Below, one piece after another: positions 1 through 11,595 of a DNA stretch of 64,000 nt (position 1 is its first letter; every line of letters begins with the position of its first letter). Source of the DNA: Adineta vaga. Taxonomy: Eukaryota > Animalia > Rotifera. The DNA lies in NCBI GenBank assembly GCA_021613535.1, contig CP075496.1, positions 6,634,001 through 6,698,000 of the forward strand, in the 5' to 3' direction. The notes beneath the pieces were generated by a model. That model had not been told where the DNA came from. It made no database searches and saw only the letters and a list, made by a program, of their open reading frames with translations. A program made the translations under genes and the position numbers.

Positions 1-190
1 TGAAAATATATTAACAAACAAAGATTTTAGAGATGATATCTTCGATATTATTCTGTTTTTTTTATAATATAAAAGAAAAACGTACAGTTCGTTTACTAAA
101 AGTGTTCAAGATAAGATTAGTCACATAGTACAAAAGTAAAACGATATGAATAGTTGAAGAATATTCCGTTTTAATAATACGATAGTTTTA

Positions 191-527
191 TCAGGCCATA
201 GGTCCATTAAATACATTTCCCATTGTATTTCCGTTAGACCAAGCACCAACTGGTATACCCATATTTTGAGATGGATCTCGAAAATTATCGAATTGATTAG
301 TACTAGTTTTCGGTGGTGTTGGACCTCCATGTGCAAGAAATTGAAAGTATTTCAAAAAGAAATACGCAACGACTAAACTTATTAGAAGGCTACTAATAGC
401 ACCAAATCCATTGAGTGTCCTAAAAGAAATGATCAAATATCTTCTTGTATCCAAATAAATTGATCTCTTCAACTTACCAGATGAACCAATAGTTTGCTAA
501 ACATGCAGAGAAATCAACAGTCGGCAT
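191..527 (-). CDS. Small single-pass membrane protein (~92 aa), unknown function, 2 exons
   Basis: ATG at 527; exon 527-478, 58-nt GTAAGT..TTTTAG intron (477-420), exon 419-191. Splices in frame to MPTVDFSACLANYWFIWTLNGFGAISSLLISLVVAYFFLKYFQFLAHGGPTPP...NGPMA*, with one hydrophobic helix. Confidence 0.7.
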
Positions 528-1264
528 TTTTATTCCTTATGAATGAATCTGTTGTTTGTTTGATGAAAAAAACGATGACTGAAATGAAAAACGACAGCTT
601 TTAAATGGAGTATCTTATGTAAATATTGCATACATGTTTCTTTTTCATCATACGCCTTTTTCTCTTATTTTCAAAAATTTCATCTTCAAAAAGTAAAGAA
701 AAAAATCACTCATTTTAATTTCGTAATTTTTCTTTTAAAAATAAAGATTTCACTTCATTTTTCCATTAAACAACAAAACAATTTAGAATTACGTAGGACT
801 GAAAGAAGAAAACAATAAAGTCAATGAAAAGAAAAGAAAAGAAAAGTTTCATCCATTGTAATGCGAAAAGACCAAACGATATATTTTTTCTTCTTAAATA
901 ACAAAAATCGAAGTCATTGCTCAAATATATTGAACAACAATTCGACTTATTTTAATGATAAAAATCGAAATTCTTTTGTATGTGATAATATATTTCGAAT
1001 ATCCGATTACACATCATTCTATGTAAACAAGTTGACAACAACATACAATCGGATGTGCTTTTGTCAATAGAATATCTCTACATAGATAGATTAACTGATG
1101 TTATACAGCTTCTTTTTGTAGGCGAAAATGATCGTGTAAAAGAAAAGAGACCAATGATGATACATAAGCGAAAGAATGTAGATTGATTTTGAATGTATGA
1201 TTCTTTATTTAATGATCAGTTCAAAACTTGGCCAAGTGATCCTTCAACTTTTCAAAAAGATAAC

Positions 1265-2757
1265 ATGTTTTATAGATATCTGTATATTGAATATATTTTT
1301 GTTTTTTTATTGACTATACAAAGTATGTTTTCGTTTATCAATAAAGAAATATTATTTACATATGTTTTTTTTTGTCTAGAGATTGATGGATTTATTTGTC
1401 CTAAAGATGGTCGATGGCCGCATCCAGCTGATTGTGAAAAGTACGCAGTGAATGAAAATAAAGATAATTTTTATTTATTTATTGTTTGTATATAGATTCT
1501 ACACATGTAATTCAGGCATTGGTGTTGAAGCATGGTAATTATCTAGATGGATATCTAATCATTAACTTCCGTATTATTTCTACTTCTCCTGATAGTAAAA
1601 CTTAATTTGAGAAGGTTGAATGATAAATATAAATTTCACTAGTTATTGACGGAAATCAAAACGGAAATAATTTCAAACTTATTTTTTCCGGATATTTTCC
1701 AAAAAGAAAGGAAAAGAACTTTTTCTAGGTGTGGAAATGGTATGACCTATGATATTGATCATGGAAGATGCGATTTATCCAAAAATATCGATTGCAAAAA
1801 TGGAGATCGACCAAATTGGAGTCCACCATCTGAATGTATATTTAAAGAATTTTAAAAAATCAATCAAAAAAAAATCTTTTCTTTTCCCTTTAGTGATAAC
1901 GCAAAGTGTAACTGAACATATGATTGTAAAGACAACAACTCATGTAAGCAACGAAGAAACAAAAATGATTAATCGATTTCAAATAACAATGAAATTAGCT
2001 ACAATTTTATCGACAAAAATTATACAAAGTAGAATGTTAGTACCAACCAATGATATTATTGAAAATACTCCTTGTACATTCCAAGGAAATATGCCTGATC
2101 CAGATGATTGTCAATGTAAATTACTATCTAATAAAACTTTCATTTTGTTATGAGTAAAAATCAATTGTCATCTTTTTAGCTTATTTGATGTGTCAAGATG
2201 ATGTTATAACACGTTTTCAATGTCCTGACAAACATTTATTTGATGATGATCTACAATTATGTAATGATTATCGAAAAGTTGTCTGTGGAAATCGTCCAAT
2301 AAGTAATCGTGAAAATGATCCATGTAGATTATTATTCATCTTCATTCAAATTTTCTTTTGAAATCTTTTCGTTTAGGTGTTGGTCGACCTAATGGTTGGT
2401 ATGCTAATTATGATCAACAATGTCGTTCATATTATTTATGTACTGAACAACGTAAAATTAAAATGGATGAATGTCCAATTGGATCGAAATGGAATCCACA
2501 TGGACTTCGATGTGATAATCCTAAATATATTCTTGCTCCGTGTAAAATTCTTTTCATTTGACTATATATATGTATTTGTTATCTTCGTGCATTTTTTTTC
2601 AGGTGGTCATCGTACTCAAAATCATGCATCTCTATTAGGTATTTTATTGAATTACATTTTTATTGGAAATCAATATTTATTCTTTCTTTTCGAAGGTCTT
2701 CATTATTCTTATTTAACGATACTAACTAGTTTTTCTCTTCTATTATTTACTATCTAA
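1265..2757 (+). CDS. Chitin-binding type-2 (peritrophin-A/CBM14) protein with three domains, probably secreted and GPI-anchored; multi-exon
   Basis: Spliced exons give three 6-Cys modules: CPKDGRWPHPADCEKFYTC..CGNGMTYDIDHGRCD..C; CTFQGNMPDPDDCQ.YLMC..CPDKHLFDDDLQLCND..C; CVGRPNGWYANYDQQCRSYYLC..CPIGSKWNPHGLRCD..C. There is a Thr-rich linker, a hydrophobic N-terminus (MFYRYLYIEYIFVFLLTIQ) and a hydrophobic C-terminus (YLTILTSFSLLLFTI*). Start codon tentative. Confidence 0.85.
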
Positions 2758-3091
2758 CATGTCATTTTTCTCTCGTTCTCTTTATCTTTAATATAACAAA
2801 AAAAAGTCTAACCTATCGGTTGGTAACACGTTTATTATATATATATATAATTATATGAATATGATCGATGATAGAGGAAGAAATACATATACATATATAA
2901 TCAATAATCTATCTTAACATGCTTGCACAAGTGTAGATACTTTGACAACCTCGTTTTTCATCGAATAGAGAATTATTATATATTTCTTGTTCTGTTTCAT
3001 TGAATGAAAACTTGAAGAAAAAGATTAGTAATGGTTTTTTCTCTTCAATTCTTTTCTAGCTTCTGGCGTATTTAGAAAACCATCTTGTTGC

Positions 3092-3127
<36 letters not shown>
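3092..3127. repeat. (TAT)n microsatellite
   Basis: About 12 tandem TAT units. Confidence 0.9.
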
Positions 3128-3128
<1 letters not shown>

Positions 3129-4553
3129 TTCTTGTTCATTGTAAAAGAAATAAAACTAGGATCAATGTTTTATGACTGATGCATGTTCTTATATTGATCG
3201 GCTTTAGTCAATGAATAATCTGAGGAGAAGAAGAAAATACACACATCAAATAAATGGCATGGAATTCTTCTTTCATTGATATAGATGTCAAACTTGATAG
3301 AGAAAAAAAAGGAAAATATGTAGTACAAGGCTTGTAATCTAGACGTTTTCATGTTTTTTCTCTTGAGAATCTAATGATGAAAAAGAAAAGAATAAATACT
3401 TCATTTAGTTTTATTTTTCGCTAAATAATACACAAATGAAGGTAATAAGATGTTTATTAATTATATGAATAAATAGAAAACTGATTCATTTGCTTTTTCT
3501 TGATTATTTTGGCTATTATGTTTAGATTGCTTGCATTTTTTCTTTCAAAGAAAAACCTATTCACAAAAACTTGTGTTGATTATATAAGAAGAAAAAAAGA
3601 TTTTTATTGGCGACTAACGATAAAATATCCCAAGAACGAGATGTAAAGGCATCATCTCAGTACTGTAGCTTAACTACTCTTTGTCTCGTGTGGATTCTGT
3701 CGAGAAATAGAGGAAAGAAAAAGAGAAAATGACGAACATCGAATAAGAAAGAAAGAAAGAGGAAAAAATAGTAGAATGAGAGAGAGAGAGAAGGGCTTGA
3801 TTATGGCAATGCTTGCACTTTGAAAATCTTTCTCTATTCTTCCGATGAGTCTTTCTAGAGAGTTCGACTGACGATGATGTACTGACAGTTTTAATATATG
3901 AACGTCGAAGAGAAGAAACAATCTAGCGAATAGAAGAAAACAAGCGAGCAGCATGATAACGTCAGCATAGAAAAGTTTTGACATTTACAACAATATCTAA
4001 TGAATAGTTCTTTCATTGCTACCATAATTTCCTCTTTTCTAGCCGAATAGCAGACTCATCCAAATGATATGTAAAACAGCTCCGTTGCATCGTATACACT
4101 ATCACTATCAAGCACTATCGATGGTTATAATCTAGAATATAGAAAAAAAAACAGCTGACAAAATGGCCTTCGATTCTAGTCGATCGTGTGAGTCATAATA
4201 AACTCGTCATGTTGAAGGTAGAAGACGAGGAAGAGTAATAGTAATATTAGATCTTTCTTTTCTCTCTCTCGTCTTTTTTCTCTCTTCGTCTTTGATGATA
4301 GGTCGATACTCATTTCATCTCGTTTTCATATCGATATAGTTTTTTTCTTTTTCTTTTTTCTTCTCTTGTTAATGAGAATGTAAAAGGTCGATCAACGAAG
4401 TTCTATTTATTCTTCAGTATGCTCACTAAACTTTATTTATAATGCATTCATTCTCTTTCTCAATTGATTTCTTTCTTTTTATTATAGAAACAAGAATAAA
4501 AGTGCATTCAGATTCATGATTGATCTTTGCTTTTTTAATTTTCTTTAAGTAAA

Positions 4554-6988
4554 ATGCATCAAATTATTGGTGAAGATGATATTATTATTGATCCGACGAT
4601 GATGAAGTCCAATTCCATATCGTTAACTGCAAAGATGATATTTATTCTTATATGTGCATGTAATATGATTCAAAATGCAATCGTCGGAGGTTCAAATAAT
4701 GCAATAATGACAACATTAGAAACAGGATTTTATATGACGTCAACTGAAACAGGATTATTTCAATCAGTTTATGAGCTTGTTGCCATTTTTACATATCCAC
4801 TTGTAGGTTATTTTGGTGATCGAAGTGGTCGAAAAGTTCGATGGATAGCTGTTTCCATGGGTATACTTGCCGGTGGTTTTCTTGTTATGTCATTTCCACA
4901 TTTATTAGAATCAAAGCGTGGTAAACCACCATTAGATCCTCTTATTGTTGATCATTTATCATTATGTAATCCTAATAGAACAATCAATGTTTGTACAATA
5001 TCAAATAATTTAAGATTTTTAAGTCATTTAAAATATGTTTTCTATCTTTCAAATATTATTAATGCTTGTGGATCAGCTGCTCTACCAACATTAGCTGTAA
5101 CATTAATTGAAGATTTATTTCCACCTGAAAAAGCACCTATTGCTCAAGGTAATTTATTTCTATGAATGAATCGATTAGAATAATCAAGAGCTATCTTTTT
5201 CTGTAGGGATATTCTATGCTGTAGGTGGCATCGGGATTGGTCTTGGATTTCTTGCTACATCACAATTTTTAAAAGTTTATACCTATATTAAAAAACCACT
5301 TTGGTTAACACCTGTTTATTCTGAATGGGTTGGAGCATGGTGGTTAGTTTATGCATTAGGAACTTGTATTAGTTTGATACTTTGTTTATTTCTGTGCATC
5401 TTTGATATTGGTGATCGTCGAAATAAATATTTGAGTCAACAAAAAGATATGGAAAATGCATTAAATCCCAGTTATCTTTTATTAACATCAGCAACAACTG
5501 ATGACAAAGAACTTGTGTCAACTAATCATCAGATATTGTCGCGAACAAGTTCATCGACAACAAATTTAAGCTCATCAGTAAATGTCGTACCAAATGAATT
5601 TCTAGATGAAGAAACAATTGCTACAATCAATACATCAAATGTGAAATGTTCTGCTACGACAACTTTCATTAAATTAAAAGAATTTTTTACAGACGTCTCT
5701 TCATTAATTAAACATTTACTTGTGAATTTACGTTTTATGGGTATTACATGTTGTGCAATTATTGAAGCATTACTAATCAAAGGATATCTCGCATTTTTAA
5801 GTAAACATATTGAATATCAATTTCGAACAACATCATCACATTCAAGTGTTTATATTGGCGTTATTTCATTATTTTCTGTAAAAATAGATTTCTTCGACAG
5901 TTACAAGTATCTCTTATGTTTTCATTTTTTTCTCTTTCTTTTCAGGTTATTTTTGGAACACCATTAGGCGCCTTTTGCGTCAAACGATTTGATATGAACG
6001 GAAGGCAATGTGCCAAATTTTGCTGTATAATTCTCGCTTGTTCATCTGTGATTTTTCTTGGCCTAATGCTTCATTGTCGTGAACCAACTATTGGTAAACT
6101 AAAATATAGAAGATAAAAGACAATAAAACAAAGTCATTAAATTGTATTCTGATTTTAGGTACAACACATTCCATGCCTGTTATATCAACACCGTTTGATG
6201 ATGATTTCTTTGACGAACCTGTGATACAAGCTGATCTTGTTGATAAGCCATGTGAACAAACTTGCAGTATGTATTCTAAATATTGAGAATTGTTTACTTT
6301 AATCTGACTATTTTCTATGTAAAGAATGCGACATGAATATCTATGAACCAGTGTGCGATATGAAAAGTCGTAAAACGTATCAAAATCCATGTTTGTTAGG
6401 TTGTAAGAAAACTCTTAAAGGACAATATACAGATTGTTTATGTTTACCAAAAAATAGTACAGTATTTGTTGGTAAGTTCGTATTCGTTTCAAAAAAAGAA
6501 TTCTTTGATATTCTTCTGTAGGTCGATGTAAAGAACGTAAATGTACTATCAATCTAATGATTACATTATGTGGTGCATTTATTGTTGTTTTTATGTCTTG
6601 TTGTGTCATTGTTCCTGCATTAAAATGTGTTTTGCATAGTGTTGAACCGACACATCGTGCATTTTCACTTGGATTCAAATCAACAATGACGAAAACATTT
6701 GGATATCTTCCTGGAACGATTCTTTTCGGTGCAATTATTGATCGAACATGTAAAACATGGATACGTGGAACATGTGGATTTAAATATCAATGTAAACATT
6801 ATAATAATAAACGTATGGCAATATCATTAGCCTTATTAGGTTGTGGTTTTCGAAGTTTATCTGCATTATTCTGTGCGATATCTTGGTATGCATATATAAA
6901 AAAACCAGATATACAAGAACAGAAAAAAAGTAGTCGACAACATTCTCAAATTCTAACACCGAATATAACACATTCTGTTGATATTTGA
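4554..6988 (+). CDS. Organic anion transporting polypeptide (OATP/SLCO family, MFS fold); multi-exon
   Basis: TTLETGFYMTSTETGLFQSVYE, VGYFG..RWIAV, EWVGAWWL, Kazal-like loop YEPVC..TYQNPCLLGC, and GYLPGTILFGAIIDRTCKTW..CG...C..Y are all OATP signatures. Exons are joined by ~50-60 nt GT-AG introns. Confidence 0.93.
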
Positions 6989-8118
6989 ACATTCATATTT
7001 CTAGTCATTTGTACTTCTATACTTTCGTTTGTGAATTTATGTCTATATTTATTATGTTGATGTGTATGTATGTATGTGTATGTGAACGAAGGAGTTTGAA
7101 AAAGAATTATTCTTAGAATCATTATACAATGATAAATAAATTTTGATAGAAATACAACATGACAGATTTTTGTTTGGTTTCTTCTCCGTGAAAGAATTAA
7201 TTAATTTATTAACCGAAACAGAAACAAGATTGTATTCGACAAGACGTTTTTTTTTCATAAGTTAATTATTAATTTGTCTTGAAAGTTATTCTCATAGATG
7301 AGAATAATATTGAAAGATGGTTTTTTCTTCCTAGAGAATGAATATTTCTTTCTTATTTTATTACAATATACAATTAATTCGCATAGATTTTGATTTAATA
7401 TTCACAAGCTGAAAAAAATGTTATCGATTGAGTTCATTGATTAATGAAATAGAGTGAATAATGCACTTAGTTAAGTCTATTATTTCGAATTTCATATATA
7501 CATATTTAGTGAATAACGTATGCTCGTAAGAAATTTTCTTTAGATCTAATTAGAAGAAATTCTTCATCCGATTGCAATGAAAATAAAGGTGATAGAAATC
7601 GATGGTTTCAAATGAATGACAATGATAATAATAGTTGTAGTTAAGTCAAATCTTATTGTAAGAGAAGAAAGAAAAAACATTTCTAGTTCGCGTAAATTGA
7701 TGAATGTCAATAATAACATCAATCTAGAATTTGCATGTTTGAAACACATACATGCAAGGACTGTCGGCTAAAGTTTAAAAACTAAACATGTGGGAATACA
7801 TTTATTAGTTCTTCAAAGATTAACAGGACATATTTATATTCGATTGAGATGTGAACGTTACAGTTTTATAATTATACTGGGATATTTAGTATGTAATTTT
7901 GTATTTAATATAATTTATATCTTTCGATTAGATAAGTAATGAAAAGTGAATTACGAAATCTTTTTTTTTTCTTTACATAAATAGAACAATAAATTAATGT
8001 TGGTACATATTGAGATCAAATCGACCTACACATGTTTTTTCAGCAAATAATAGATCCAATCGATTTTGTTAATCATTATCTTCTTTTACATTTTATCATT
8101 TCTATTTTTCAATTGAAA

Positions 8119-9234
8119 ATGATTATTCATCTTATTTTTCTTGTCTTTCTACCATGTATCTTTATGATTGATATCATACAAGTACGTGTTTCAACTGATT
8201 CTTCGAATAGTTGGATTGTTCAAAATGAAAATGAAGGTTTTATTATTGATTGTGGTTGTTATTGGGAGCATGGAATAATTCTTGGTCAGAAATGGCGTGA
8301 AAAATTTCCAAATGGAACAGTGCCATCATTCATTTTTCTTACACATACACATCCTGATAATATTCTTGGACTTGTTAGTTTTCTAAATCAATTGAATGTA
8401 ACTCAATTACCAGTATATGTTAGTAGTTCAGGTGCATTGAAAGAAATGAATTATTGGTTAGAAATTTGGCAAGAAATCAATCCATTTGAAACATCGATAT
8501 TATTAGATAAACGTCAATCACCAGATCAGTTTCTCTATAATAATCATATCAAAGTACTTGATCATCCATTGAAAATATTCAATGACGAAAAAATACATAT
8601 TATTTCAAATTTTCCTACTGCTGAATCCATTCATTCATCAATGATCTATATTCCTGCAATGAAAGCTCTTTTCACTGGTGATTTAGTTGCAGTACATAGT
8701 CATCTATTTGTTTCACCATCGGATACGTATCCAGAGTCAGATAATCATGTCTGTAATTGGATTGGTATTTTACAGAGTCTAAATTGTCAATTTCCATCAT
8801 CAACTCATATATATCCCGCACATGGTGATGGACCATCAACTATGTCATTTATTGATACAATTGATACAAATATACGATGGTTAACTTATATGCGAGCATT
8901 AGTCTTTAATTCGTGTAATACAACATTTGTTATGCGTATTTTAGAAGATGTTTTTCGTAATTATTCAAATATTGAACAATCACGCGCTTCTCTAGCCAAT
9001 CGTATACCACACTCAGCTATTTCAGTCGGTTGTCAATGTTCAAAAAATGTCTCTAATACTTGTGGTGGTCTTCAACCACCTCCTTGTCAATTTCTACCGA
9101 AAAACAAAACACAATCAACAAGAACTACAGGTCTCTCTATTGCTTGTATTCATCAACAAATACCAGCATCATCTGTATTTCTTCAAATTAACATTGTTTT
9201 TCTGTTCATTATATTATCAGCAAATATATTTTAA
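8119..9234 (+). CDS. Intronless metallo-beta-lactamase-fold hydrolase with signal peptide and hydrophobic C-terminal (GPI-like) tail
   Basis: Motifs FIIDCG, FLTHTHPDNILG (HxHxDH-like), AESIHSSMIYIP..ALFTGDL and IYPAHG. Likely start MIIHLIFLVFLPCIF at 8119 (the ORF is open from 8032). C-terminus SVFLQINIVFLFIILSANIF*. Confidence 0.85.
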   Translation: MIIHLIFLVFLPCIFMIDIIQVRVSTDSSNSWIVQNENEGFIIDCGCYWEHGIILGQKWREKFPNGTVPSFIFLTHTHPDNILGLVSFLNQLNVTQLPVYVSSSGALKEMNYWLEIWQEINPFETSILLDKRQSPDQFLYNNHIKVLDHPLKIFNDEKIHIISNFPTAESIHSSMIYIPAMKALFTGDLVAVHSHLFVSPSDTYPESDNHVCNWIGILQSLNCQFPSSTHIYPAHGDGPSTMSFIDTIDTNIRWLTYMRALVFNSCNTTFVMRILEDVFRNYSNIEQSRASLANRIPHSAISVGCQCSKNVSNTCGGLQPPPCQFLPKNKTQSTRTTGLSIACIHQQIPASSVFLQINIVFLFIILSANIF

Positions 9235-9330
9235 ATCTCCTTTGTTTCTTCTTGTTATTTTTCGTTTTTTCTTTTTTCAAATAGAGTACAATAATCAAGT
9301 GCTCAAACAAAAAAAACGATAAGAACTAAT

Positions 9331-10156
9331 TTAGGCATCATCTTCGCCTTCATTTTCTTCTTGATTGATATTGAAGTAACGTAATTCATAGGAATCTTTG
9401 GAATTAGCAATAACTCGTAACCAATCTCGAAGTTCATGTTTTTTCAAGAATTTCTTTGTTAAATATTTCATATATCTACAACGATGAATATAGAACAAGA
9501 TTAAAAAGATTGTTTTGAGAATACTAAAACAAATAAACTTACCGTTTAGAAAGTGGATTTTCCGATGTAATTGAAATTTTTGATTTGCCTTTTTCAATAC
9601 CAACATTACCAGTTAAATTTGATGTTTTACCATTGATCTTCATTTTTTCAAGTAAAAATCGTTCCTAAACAATGACTCATTAAGTATATGTTTGCACTGA
9701 AGAATAATCTCATATACATACAAATGCAGCAAGATCGAAAATACCATCTTCAACTGGATGTGTGCAATCGATATGGTATTTAATTGCCTTGTTTTTCTTC
9801 TTTGAACTACTTTTACCACCTTTTGGTGTAGTAGTTGTTTTTTTCGTTACTTTCGTTGATGTTTTAGCTAAGGATGATGTTGACTTAGCTGTTGATGTTG
9901 GAGCCTTTGGTTTGGTTTGGGCGGCTGCTGGTGTTGTTGTTGATGTAGCCGTAGCTGGTGCTGGCTTTTTAGCTACTTCGACCTTCTATTTAAGTAGTTT
10001 TTTAATAGAAGAAAATGAAGAATGAAAAGAAAATGAAGAATATACCTCTGCTTTTGGTGGAGCAGGTGCTGCTGTAGCTGGTTTTTTAGCAGCAGCAGTA
10101 GCAGAGGCTTTTTTTGTTGCTGATGAAGCAGTTCCTGCTGTCTTTTTGTCAGACAT
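9331..10156 (-). CDS. RPL22: 60S ribosomal protein L22 (eL22) with a long Ala/Lys/Thr/Pro-rich N-terminal extension; 4 coding exons
   Basis: [75 protein letters not shown] is the eL22 core. N-terminus [37 protein letters not shown]. Confidence 0.95.
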
Positions 10157-11595
10157 GTTGAAAACGATAGAAATAGAGACTAAAACGGATCTGCAAAAAA
10201 CAACGATAATGAGAAGTTAATTTATAAGAATCTGCAAAGAAAATGTATATAACAGGACTGACAAGATGTCCAATTTTCTTTTCACTTTTTGAATTGAATC
10301 AGTATTGTTTATTTCTTGGAAGTCCATGTTTTCTATTGGTTTTTTCAAAAATCCATATGTTCCTTGATTTAGAAATCGTATATTCAAAAGATTTTCTTTC
10401 TCTTAGATTTCTTTAAAAATTTATATCTGAAAATTTACTATCCAAAAGATTTTTTTGATTTGAAAATAGATGTCACTAGTGTTCAATCCGTAATCTTCAT
10501 TATAGTTATACTCTACGAAAATACTATCATATTTTGAATTTGAGAACGTTGAACAACAATAAATTCGATGGAAAAAGAAAGAGACAGATAATATATATAT
10601 ATATATGCTGATCTTAGATACAATTGGATAGTTGAAGACAATATGTTATATTGAAATGTTAGCATTCCAAATTTGACATTAATTAGTACATATATCGCAT
10701 TTCTACACTGGTTTTACACACAAAAAAACGTATGACGAGTGTTAAAAGTTTTGTAACATCTGTATGTAATAATGTAACGAGATAAATGATACGTTTCAGT
10801 AGAAGATATTAGTTAATAATTAGCTTTGTTATTCTAGGTGAATGTAGTAGGTAAAAAAAGAAATTCGATTTTGATTTTCCAATCTAGTTAAGTTCCCACA
10901 CTCTCTCGAGATCAACACATATTTTCTTTAAAAACAGTTATTACTCTCAATTTTACTTGATGTTTCATCAGCCATTCCCAATATAGTATACAACAGGGAA
11001 TGTCTAGACATATTGGTCATTGAAAAATAAAACTAAGATCAGTTTTTGTAAATTATGAATTACAATATAGTCCAAAATGTGTTTGATTCACATAAATATC
11101 AAACAGAAGTGTGAACTTTTTCTCATTCGTCCTATGCTAGTTAATATCAGATCACCAACAGCTGTTTTCATCTCTTATAACAATAAATATATATCTCTAT
11201 CTGATTTTAGTTATTTGCTTTCAATAGAGATTGATGTATCTTTTCTCATTCATAATGTTGAAAGAAACTATTCTTCCGAGTTCTGTTTGATAACCTTCAT
11301 TACACGAATTAGTATAACTTATGACAAAAAATCGAAAGCATACCAAGCAACAAACAAACAAACAAACACACACACACAATCAACTATGCATACTGAATAC
11401 AAAAAATAAGAATAGAAAAGAAAAGTCATCTATAATCAGAAACAAATCAAGAAGAATCAACATAAGATTGATTGCGAAAAAAAACTGAATGAAAACTTAT
11501 GTATTTTTTTAAATTAACCACATAGTGGAATAGAGAAAGAAAGCAAAAATAATATCCCAAGATTTACATTTATGATACATAAGGAAGATATTTTT

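Noticed and set aside
3170-3984. Hydrophobic ORFs at 3170-3352 and 3670-3984
   Set aside because: They arise from purine/pyrimidine-skewed low-complexity intergenic DNA, with no motifs or splice support.
9762-10025. Plus-strand Val/Ala-rich ORF, and similar antisense ORFs at 5529-5780, 12046-12372, 14377-14697, 31490-31801 and 53309-53542
   Set aside because: These are antisense shadows of real exons on the other strand.
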